Positions 30,249 to 42,099 of a stretch of DNA of 64,000 bases are shown one piece after another. This DNA is from Chrysomallon squamiferum (Eukaryota > Animalia > Mollusca). The stretch spans positions 14,880,001-14,944,000 of the forward strand of contig CM022669.1 of NCBI GenBank assembly GCA_012295275.1, given 5' to 3'. The position numbers and the translations under genes are program-made. Each line of letters starts with the position of its first letter. Within the stretch, counting starts at the first letter, position 1. Under the pieces are notes generated by a model. The model was not told where the DNA came from. It did no database searches and worked only from the letters and a program-made list of their open reading frames with translations.

Positions 30249-30771
30249 TACTATTATTATTATTATTAGTTGTTGTTGTTGTTGTCCTCCAATCTTTGCT
30301 ACTAATAAAGTATGACGATAAAAACGAAAAAAGAAAAAGAACAACAGTTTTACAACTATCTTTAAATGTTATCTGTATATTAATATAAATAACGATAGTT
30401 CCTTTTATCCTGTTGTAAACTTCATCTGTGTCAATGTAGTCTAAGAAAATGAGATTGGTGGTGCTCTGCTATTTTATTAAGTGCTGTCGACATCAACATT
30501 CTGTCAACGTGTTCTGGTCGGTTATCTTCGCCTCGACGAGGTTATTCGGTTAACACGCTGTCCTGTCTACGTGGTGACCGTGGATGTCAACGTTTTGAAA
30601 GGTTTTATCAAATGATTTGTTCATGAATTAATGAATGAATGAATGCAGAAATGCCTTTTTAAAAAACAAATATATGACCCACACCGCAATATAATTTTTT
30701 TCTTTTTTTTTGCTTTAAATTTAGTTCATTAGGAGGTAATCGTACACTATTTTGTTCTAATAATGAAAAAC

Positions 30772-30838
<67 letters not shown>

Positions 30839-31166
30839 TAATTTAATTTAGCAGTAAAGAATCTTTTAATTCATTCTCCGATACTGATGAAATCTTGAAT
30901 GATGACTTCGTTAAATCGTGTCATATTTCGTTGGGGGCGTTTTATGATTCGTTGGTTTAAGAAATTCATTTGCTCGAAATTTTACATAGAAAGAACCTGT
31001 TCCTTCTCCATTGTTTTAACCTGAATGTGGAAGGTCAGTTGCCCATTGTCTCCCTCCTCGCCTGTTTCAGTTATAGGAGACGATGGGTTCAGTTAAAAAT
31101 CTAGATTCAAAGCAGACTGAAACTGGAACGAACTGTGCTTTTTCATTTGGATTCGTGAATAAATTC

Positions 31167-31168
<2 letters not shown>

Positions 31169-31260
<92 letters not shown>

Positions 31261-31326
31261 CGAGCGAATGAGAAAGAGAATGTGAGTGTGTATGAGAGAC
31301 AAACACACACACACACACAGACACAC
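31169..31326. repeat. (GA)n and (CA)n microsatellites
   Basis: Directly visible. Confidence 0.95.
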
Positions 31327-31986
31327 CTCAGTTTAGCGGTCACTCGCAGTACGTTCAGTACTGCTGACATTAAAGACAGTCGGGTTTAAGAGACGTTCGA
31401 GGAATCGGTTTCTGGAAAATAATCCATACTTCCTAGCTGCGTCGTTTGAACAGAGATATTCGAGATACCACTCTCTAGAAATAATCTATATTTCCGAGCT
31501 GCGTCGTTTGAAGATGATCCTATTACTTTAGTGTGCCAAAGGAAAATAATCAGTTTATCTGCTCAATAAATGAATAAACTTGTCTTTTTCTCGCTTTTTT
31601 AATGACACTAAATTTATAGTGAGTAATGGAGAGCATTTAATAATATTCCACAAAGAAAGACAACTCCTACAGAATGACGTTCACTGATGTGTTTTCCTGT
31701 GCTGATTTTTTTGTGTTTTTCTATAAAATACTGAATTTTTAAAATCTATTTTCTTAATAATTAATTTCTTTAATCTATCCGAGTTTCAGCGTGGGTGGGT
31801 TTGACCGTGCATTTACCAAATGGAATCGATACGTCTACTTATTTCAGTTTACATATTTTGATTCCCTACCCCTCACCCCGTTTACTAATAAGAAATATAG
31901 AGTCAAGTTAGATGTTATAGTAATACAATATTTAGTCAGAGACCAGTACCTAATTTTTATCAGCATTAATGTAAATACTAAAGAAG

Positions 31987-32160
<174 letters not shown>

Positions 32161-32691
32161 GTCAAAGTAAATTAAAATGTATAGCAGTGAAAGGAAAAAA
32201 TGTAATATCAATTGATTTTCGCTAAGGATCCTAGTTATAACCCTTTCTGCAGTAGACTGAAAAAAAAAACAAAAAAAAAGACTTTAATATTCCTTTAAAT
32301 CAGCTGAGCTAATTTTTCTCTAAGCTCTAGACGTTTGGACAATGGTTCAGACAAACTTAACCTGAAAAGAATAAATTAATACGCCGACTAACTGAATGAA
32401 TTATGGGCAGGAGTGACCAGCATGTCAATACAAAGATCATGTCTCATTAAATTATGTCCAAGCTGACATCTTACGTAAATTAATACACTAACAAACTGCA
32501 GCAGAATCGTATAAAACAAGATACATGGACGAAATCGCATCTCGAATTTCTGACATAAGAGATTAAGGTTAGACGAAGCAAATTAAGAAATTTACTTCAG
32601 TATTCTTTCGGATATTAATATAGATTCTGATGTCTTCCTTCTCCTGTGCTCTGCGTTCCAGGTTCAGTCTTTCTATTTTGGGTAGAGAATC

Positions 32692-32724
<33 letters not shown>

Positions 32725-32984
32725 TGTAAAGCACTGGAATGGATTAGTTTCCTAAACGTTTGACGTATTTCTTTAGAACAAGTTCTAACGAAGAATGTCT
32801 TTTTGTTTTTTTGTTGTTTTGGTTTTGGCCTGCGTTACGGTTGCGAAATTAATTGAGATACATGATGACGAAAGAGTACTAAAGAAGGTTAACACAGTAC
32901 TAAAAAGAACTGATTCTCCAAAAATTCATAGAAAAATAAGCTACAAAATAAATAAAATAAATAAAAATCTGTAGCTATCTGCTG

Positions 32985-33260
32985 TCTGAGGTTCGTGTTT
33001 GTGGCTAACGCGGTTTTAACCCAGCGGAGAAGGTTCGTGTCCCTGCATTGAGTCAAAGACCGCGGTGAACATTTCTCTCATCTCAACTGCAACATCGTCT
33101 AATCGATCTGTCTCACAAACTCACCGTAAAGATGTCGTATATAATTACTTAATTTAAACTCTATTTTCTGCTGGTTTGCCGCTTTACAAACAGGTTAATA
33201 TAAGTGTCTTACTCTTATGTTGGTTTAGTCTTTACTGAATAAAGCTCAAATTAAATAGAA
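32985..33260 (+). mobile_element. Degenerate tRNA-derived SINE relic
   Basis: Pol III A-box-like TGGCTAACGCGG (~33002) and B-box-like GGTTCGTGTCC (~33032), followed by ~200 bp and an A-rich/(AAT)n tail. No cloverleaf. Confidence 0.4.
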
Positions 33261-35178
33261 TTTAATAATAATAATAAAAACTACGATGATGATGATGATG
33301 ATGATGATGATGATAATTAAGATGTACTACTACTATTACTAACAACAACAATAATCAGAAGAACAAGTATTAATTTCAGATATCAGATAAATAACTAATC
33401 TAAAACTGAACTAGTAACATAAAAAATTTATGAATTACATATACAGGCCAGCGCATACAAAAACCGCAAGAAAAAAAATCAGTTTTCGGGAACATTAATT
33501 TATTATTACATATTTAGTCACAAACAACAGTAAAATAATAATAATTCAAAAAAATAAAAATATTAAAAATAAAAAAAATGTACAGTATCTTAATACATGT
33601 ATACATAAAACAATTAATATATTTTGGTGTAAACAATAATTAATCAAAAGACAGCAGTCACTAAATGATGTTTTCGCACACATTTATAATTTAAAATCTC
33701 CGTAGAAGCCGCTAACTGGAATCGATCCAGACACCTAACTGCCCGAAGGCTTGAAAACCGCGACGTAGTGGCGAGCGTTAGTGTATGACCTTTTCCAGAT
33801 TTTCAGCATCTCTTCACAGACCACGTTCTCAGAGACCTCGAAACCGCAGTGCTGACGTTTTGTCAGTACGGAAGAAGTAACATTTGAAATCAAAGTGCCC
33901 TGAATATACCGATAGAAAACAAATTTCGGACGACAGAAAAACGTAGTATTTTTTTTTTTTTTAGTTGTGCAATAAAGTGATATTTCTTGTGTAATTGTTA
34001 CACTGTGGATCTCCAAATTTCAGGGAGGAAATAAAAGGATGAAAAATAAATAAAAAAATCGGAAATGTTAAAGACTGGAAACAAATTATTGTAGGTGTGA
34101 ATAATGATAACGATGATTATGACGACGACGATGATGATAATAATAATAATAAATAAGTAATGTCATATAGGCTTCTAAGACAGAGTCATATAATCATTTT
34201 TTTCACAATTGATAAATATTATTAAGCTATTATTGTTATTATTATTATTTTTATATAAAGTAAATTAACACAAAACAAATCAAATAAATTTCCTGATAAA
34301 GATTAGTTTAGTAAAACACTTTAACCAGTGTTGAAATGATAATAGTAAAAACTTATATTTAGATATAAATTTGTATATTAGTTGGTTATAGCAAAATGTC
34401 ATATCTGACTGAGGCACTGGCTTGAAACGACGTTTAAAAAGTTTTTCTCTGTTTAATATTTATATGATGATATTTATATTCCCTGCTTTTATAAATTTAT
34501 CAGTATACAGTGTTCTTTACGTTAGAAATATTTGTATTTTGTTGTAAAATTTTCTTATAAATAAAAATAAAAATAAAATATAGTAAGCATCCACCATTGG
34601 TGAATGAGAAGAGACTTTTTTACAAATTCAAATTTGATTTCTCTGCACAGATTTCTGCGACAGACACGCCCGCTGACCTGTCAGAAAGCGTGCCCGTCGC
34701 AGACGTGCTTCACAACAGCTTGCTCTGATTAGCACGTTAATTTTTTTCCTATTCCTATTCTTACTCTGCACAGAATAAATCTTTCGGCTTTTAGTAAATA
34801 TTGCCTTCTTGTGGCAATTCTGAGTCTATAGTGTTATTTTTTTAATATTAAGAATACAAAAATCTGTTGTAAAACTTGTGATTAAATTGTGTTCGGGTTT
34901 TCAGTCACGGTCATTTATGTGAAAAATTATTCATGTGCAGTAATTTAACGTTTCTGCATTTTTAAAAATATTAATAGGGAAATTCAGATGTCATTGTCTA
35001 TAACGCAAGGCACAAATGATGAATTCTTTTACATAAAAGATTCGTGTTAGATTATGTTTTTGTGATTCTTGGAAAATCGTAAATAATAATAATACTAATA
35101 GCGAGTTGCTTTTACATTGTTACACTATTTTCATTATTAAAATCAAATATAATATTTAGTATACATTATAATCTATAC

Positions 35179-35250
35179 CAGGCACGGGCAACCTTTTTCG
35201 ATAAGTCGGCCACATGAAACATGGCTCATAACTCTGGCGGACCGCAGGTT
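35179..35250 (+). mobile_element. Left terminus of a hAT (Charlie-like) DNA transposon
   Basis: CAGGCACGGGCAACCTTTTT..GGCCACA..GGCGGACCGCA resembles hAT-Charlie ends (recall). No matching right end was found. Confidence 0.5.
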
Positions 35251-35264
35251 CTAATAACAGCACA

Positions 35265-36110
35265 ATATATTTGTGTTGTATTAAAATTGATTATGTAACA
35301 ATATCATTACTGAAATTTCTTTTATTATCAGTATGTAAAGGTATGAAATTTGTTCCCCATTCTTGATACTAAATAAAAATGAAAAAATATCTTGTATAAT
35401 TAAAGTGACACAAAGTTTGATTCTTTTAAGTGTAAGTAATAGAAAATACCATGACAGCACATTATTTATTTATTTGAATTAAGTGCTATATAAGTCTAAA
35501 ACTGATTGTGTTACAACATTACTGAAATTTATTTTATTGTCTGTATGAAATTTGTTTTTGATAGCAAGCACATTTTCACCGTTTGTGATAAAAGTTGGGG
35601 GAACAAAATAAAAAATTGTTATATAATCAAAGATGCAGTTTGTTTGTTGTCTTTTAACTGTAATATAAAATAACATGACAACACATTATTTAAGTGCCAT
35701 ATGTCTAAAATTGATTATGCAACAATATTACTGAAATATATTTTGTCTGTATATAAAATTTGAAATTTGTTTTTTATAGCATGCACACTTTGTGATACTA
35801 AATACAAATGGGTGAGGGAATTCTTATATCATCAAAGTTACATAAAGTTTGATTGTTCTCGTTTAACTGTAAGTACTATAAAATAATAGAACAACACATT
35901 ATTTACTTATTCGAGTTAAGTGCTGTATAAATCTAAAATTCATTATGTCACAATACTGAAATTTATTTTGACTGTAAAGGTATGAAATTAGTTTTTGATA
36001 GCAAGCACATTTTCACAGTTTGTAATACTAAATTATTGGGGAGAAAAAAAATGTTTCTTATAAATCAGTTTTAATGTAATTATCATTTGTGATTTTATTA
36101 TTTTGACAGG
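35265..36110. repeat. ~215-bp tandem repeat, 4 diverged copies, plus a solo copy at ~39630-39860
   Basis: AGTGCT..TCTAAAATTGATTATG..ACTGAAATTT..TATGAAATT..GCACATTTTCAC.GTTTGTGATA recurs near 35270, 35480, 35690, 35920 and 39630. Confidence 0.8.
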
Positions 36111-37329
36111 CTTCAGAACTTAAACAATCAAGCAAATAAAGAAAGGAATAAGTTAGTCAATACATAGTTTGTCATTAACAGCTTTACATCGTGTTGTGTG
36201 CTTTCAATATGGGAATTGTAAGCAAATGACATTAAGACTGAATTTTTAATGATTTACCTAAATATTTCAGATTGTGGCAATCTGTTAAAATTAATATTCC
36301 ATTTATTTTTGGTATTACTTTATTTCTGAATGTTATTAACAAGAAGTATTTAAATATAAATCTCATTTGCAGTAATTACAATAATAGACAGTAATAAATG
36401 ACACAAAAAAAAAAAAAAAAACAACAATAACACACCAGCAAACAAAACCAAACCCAAACTATTACTATTATTTAGCCAGTCTCAGAACTAGTTTATTAAA
36501 TATCATGGTATATGATGTCCAGTCCATGAAAAAAAGCCCATGTATACTAGATTATTATTCTTTAATTGGTAAGAATAGCTATGAAGTGGTGGTAATATTC
36601 TACTGTTCATGTGATCAGTATAACGTTTTCATTTCAAAACACACACCATTTACATTGTTATCCTTTAATATTAAAATGCAAAGGTCGCTAAATCCATATT
36701 CATACATTGTTCAGCTATAATATAATAGTCGACAATAAAAACGACAACTACATTAGAATATTATTCTAAAATAATAAAAATAAAATATGATGAAAAAAAA
36801 ATTTAAATTTAAATTGATAAAATCAGTATTAAATGTTTTAATATATACATCTATAAAATGGTTTCCTTGGCTACAAGTCCAGACTGTCTAAAAACTGGAA
36901 TCTGTTTTATGTTTGATCGTTGTCTTGTACAGAATATTTAGAACCAATAAAATAAAATGACCAACAGTTAGCATGTATTTAGATTAAATGAACATTCCAT
37001 CAATAAAATTAAATTAATATTAAGTGGGTATTTATTACCAGTAGCAAACCATTATGACTGTTATATATATAAATTTTTAATATTATTTTGTCTGATATGT
37101 TTTTCAATTTGAAAGCACAATGGTATAAACAGAAATTATTTACAAATAATATTAATCATGGAACTTGTACATATAAATAGATTCTTACAAAGATTTATTA
37201 TTATTTCGTTTTATACTTAATATTTTTAAAATTTGATTTGCTTGATGGAATTATTATTACTTCTTTTATTCAGCCATAAAGACTGTGTGGATGATTGTGA
37301 AATATATAAAACATGAAATGACATATGTA

Positions 37330-37377
37330 TAAATAATAATAATAATGATAATAATAATAATAATGATATTGATAATG

Positions 37378-37420
<43 letters not shown>

Positions 37421-37423
37421 TTG

Positions 37424-37468
<45 letters not shown>

Positions 37469-37492
37469 TAATAATAATTGTAATAATGATAA
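37330..37492. repeat. (AAT)n/(AATGAT)n microsatellite
   Basis: Directly visible. Confidence 0.92.
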
Positions 37493-40400
37493 TGTATGTA
37501 AAACAAAACAAAGAGAGAAAATAAAAACAACTAATACAACATTATGAAAATCATTTATGTCTGAATCAGAGGGAGATATCATTTACTGATCAGACTACAC
37601 ACACATCAAATCTGTATTCAATATTTTAATCTATAATTAATCAATTTCTTGAAAACAAGTAGAAGAAAATAAATAAATAAATAAATTAATTAATTAATTA
37701 TTTCAATTATAAACATATTTGATGGTAATTCAATGCTATGTTAATTCTTAATAGCTAAACCAAAGTATTAACTTTTATAAATAAATAAAAATATAAATAA
37801 ATAAACAAAAATTTAAAAATAAAATAAAAGTAAATCTTAAAAATAATCACGAGTTCTTTAAAACAAAAATACATAGATCAACTTTCTTAATATTTTAAAA
37901 TAATAATAATAATAATAATAATAACCCAATGTTTAAAATAAAAAAAAATAAAAAAATCACAACCAAAACAAAACAAAACCAAAAAATGGTTTAAATGTCA
38001 AATTAATATAACATCCAGAAAGCTATAAACCAGCCCCCACCAAAAAAATAAAAAAAATCAATAAATAAAAAAATAAAAATTATTATAAATAATAAAAAAT
38101 TAAATAATTTAAAAAAAATCATAATAAAAACATGAAAAAAAAATAAAAAATAAAAATAAATAAAAATAAACAACAACAAAAAAAAAAAAATTAATGATTC
38201 TACGAAAATGTGCAGCAGAAATAACAGTATTAAAAAATACAAATAAACTGATCTAGAAGTAAACAGAGGTGTATTAATGTGTTCTGGAAATGACAGCCTG
38301 GACCTGATCCACAAAATCTAAACACAAAATTATTTACCATTTTGTTACATTATTTAACGGTCTATTTAATTAAGATTTCACCCATTATACGTATTCTTAA
38401 TCATTAATGACATTGGTGGTAACATATATACAGAGCGATTCATTATGAACTAACTATAGTTATAATAAATTAACATAGACCAAAACTTTAAATTTAATAA
38501 AACATTGACAGGAACTACGTGCATTGTGTATTCCAAGCATTGTCTTTTGAGCAAAGAAGGACATGAACTATCATAGTTGATTGATTTAATCTTTGTCAAT
38601 AATGACTGTGGCATTATTTCCAACTGTAATATTCTAGTGAATTCACTGTATAGTTAATTTATACATGTGTACATGTAATAATAATAATCATAATATATAA
38701 TGCACACATGCAGCACAATATATATATATATATATATCAGTATATATCTGTTTATATATGTGTGTGTGTCTGTGTGTTTTGTGTGTGTGTGTGTATTGAT
38801 AAGGAAGATATAAAAATATGTGTTGTAATCATAAATATAACAACTGTAAAAATTATTAAAAAGGTGTTCTTCACTACCATTTTAACATTAATGTAAGATG
38901 AATGATCATCTGAAATATTCTCATAAACAGATTAAATGTTTAATAACACAGAAATCAAATATTATTTAGATAAATACACGTTTGGTATATCAGTTATAAA
39001 TGCTTGATAAAACTACACTCTGGATTAAAAGGATATAAAAAATAAATTAAAAAAATAAGAGTATTATTGTACATTATTGAAATAAATGTACTTGTATAAT
39101 ATAGGCATGTTATCTTACTAGCAAGAAAATAAAAAAAATTAAATAAAACAAAATCAGGCATTTTATGGTTCCTAATTATAAGACTGTAGAAAACCTTTTG
39201 TTTAATAACAAGTCAACAATCCATAACCTATAATTTCAAAAATAAATATGTACAAATATACATTATATAATTTATGTATGTCACGAATTTTATTCATAAA
39301 AGAATAGTAATTACATTTTGTTCTCAATACTATCCTTGACAAAATGAAATAATTTTGATTATAGTCAATATGTTTCAACACAATTGCAAATTATTATAAT
39401 TTAAACACATTTTTATAGTAAAAATATTATTCAGTGACAAGAAAGTAAAAAAATAAATCAATATATGTTTAACTTCTGATACTTGAATGAATATCCGATT
39501 ATTAATCCATTGTTGTTTTGTCAGATCACTGTGTTAAATTAAATTATTTTATCTATAGGAATGCATAGAAAACATATCGTATAGTTAATCACAAAAACAC
39601 TTTACATCATTATTTATTTATTTGAGTTAAAAGTGCTGAAAAAGATTAAAATTGATTATTTAATGATATAAAGATGTAAACAAACCGTTACTGAAATTTA
39701 TTTTATTGTCTGTGTCTGTATGTAAAAGTATGAAAAATGTTTTTGGTAACATGCACATTTTCACTGTTTGTGATACAAAATAAATAAAATGGGGGGGATT
39801 ATGTTTCTTATGAATCAAAGTTTTAACGTAATTATAATTTGTGATTTTATTTTTTCATAACAACTTTATGTCAGATTTAATTTATTTTCTCATATTTCAT
39901 AACAGTGTTAATGCAACAATTTCTTATACAGGTGGTTTGGTACAAAACATTTACATTTTGTAAGAAACGGATTAGGTATCAGCAATCTTCTACATAAACC
40001 TTTAAGCATTTAATAACCTGATTACATTATAAATTCTTTACATTTTTGTAAGCTATGAATTAAACAGAAATTATATCATGTACACAATCTCATTAACATT
40101 ATTGATAATGTGATTAAATTATAACAGCTACACAGGATTATATTTAGTAATGTCTTTTAAGTGACATTTGTGTTCTTTTCAGCATTTATTATTCTGTTCA
40201 AGTTATCAAACAAGCAAACATAACAGCCCAAAATAAAAATGTATCACAGCTCTACAAAACTTCAAAAGAACATGCTTAGAATTTAGCCCAAATAATAAAA
40301 AATCTGCCTGGCTCACTCTAGTAAGCAGAATAAACAGAATCAGAAGCAGTTGGTTTGTTTATTGTGGTTGCACAAAAAGGTATAAATAACACAAACATTT

Positions 40401-42099
40401 TATAAATAGTTTACAAACAATAAACAAAAATTCTAATTCATGCATCTACATAACAAATATAAAATGGCACATCTGATACTAACATAGAGTAATATAATGA
40501 TAATTAGAAGATTAAAAAATCCATTAATCAAAGCTTGCAAAGACGTCTAATACTATTATAAAATGTTACAAATACTACCATTTGGTTATGAAAAATAAAG
40601 AACAAATTGTATTTAATAGATACAAATTAATACACTTCTGAAGCTGGTTGTCTGAAAGCCAGATAAATGGCATTAGATCTGGATAATACATCCCAGCTTG
40701 TAAAACTGATTATCCCACCTGTATCAGTATATCATGATTCACTCCAAATTCAGAAGCTAATTAAGTGACAAACTGTTATGAATTTGTCAACAGTAAAACT
40801 CATTTATCCTTTGTTTTACACATAATTATTGTTGCACCAAAAAGATTAATGATAATGAAGAAGTATGTAAATACATAGCTAAAATAATAATATTTAAGAA
40901 GTATCTAATAAAAATAAATTAATAAATTAGATAATAATAATAAAAATGACAATGATGACCAGAAAATAATCACGAACATTGCTAGCACTAAAACATGGCA
41001 CTTATTATTATCATCATCACAGTAACACAAAAAAGAAAATGCTTCTAGAAAATAAAAACAAAATAAACATTAACAAAAGTCATTGGGGACGGAAAAAAAA
41101 AAAAAAAAAAAAACATTAAGGTAACAAAGAGATAAACAAAAACAAAAATTAAATGAATATGGAAGATGAAATGGATTAGGTTTCAGCAATCTGTTATATA
41201 TGGGTCATGACAGTGAAAAAGAAATAGAAATAAATATTTTAAAATTAAAATTAATAGTAGTAGTAGCAGCAGCAGTGTAATAATAATAATAATAATAATA
41301 ATAATATTAATAATAATAACAACAACAACAACAAAAATTAGATAAAAAGAAGTTTAAACATTAGATCAAACACAGAATTAAATCTAGGAAAAGAATAAAA
41401 ATAACTTCTAACAAAAACCTAAGCATGAACAAGAATCATTCAAAGTTTCTTAGTTTCTTAATCAATTAATGCGCATTTCAAACTGTTAACAAATATCACA
41501 GATTATTTCAATTACTATCCAGTAAGCAAAATTATAAAAGTAACAGCAATGATCAAGAATAGGTTTAGTAATAGTTTAACTGTAATGCTAATTGTTACCT
41601 CTTTCCAAATATTTTCATCTGTTTAATCCACGATAATTCTTTTGTTACATATTAAATATTAAATACTGATTTGGTATGTTAACAATATGTTACTATCTGT
41701 TGATGTTAAAAAGAAAACAATTTCTGTTGTACGAGGCAAGTGATAAAATAATATTTCTGCATTTAATAGTAATTTTGTCTTAAATATAAACAAATTTTGA
41801 CATTTTGATAAACGCTCAATTTTATTTTGCTTATAGGACAATGACAACATGACTGTTGTTGTTTCAGTTATTTTACATACTTCATTGTATAAATACTGTT
41901 TACAACATCCGTGAAGTCATTTTAATCAAAAATGTTATTTGTCATTTCAGTTGTTTAAAAATGAAAACTGGTTGTTGTTGTTTTAGTTCTTTACATTCTT
42001 CTTTTTATCTGTCATTTTAGTTGTTCTTTACATTCTTTAATGTATATAAATAAGGTTTTCGACATCCGTGAATTTATTTTAATCCAAAACGCTGTCATT

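Noticed and set aside
32995-33070. tRNA gene
   Set aside because: A/B-box-like motifs only, no cloverleaf; treated as a SINE relic.
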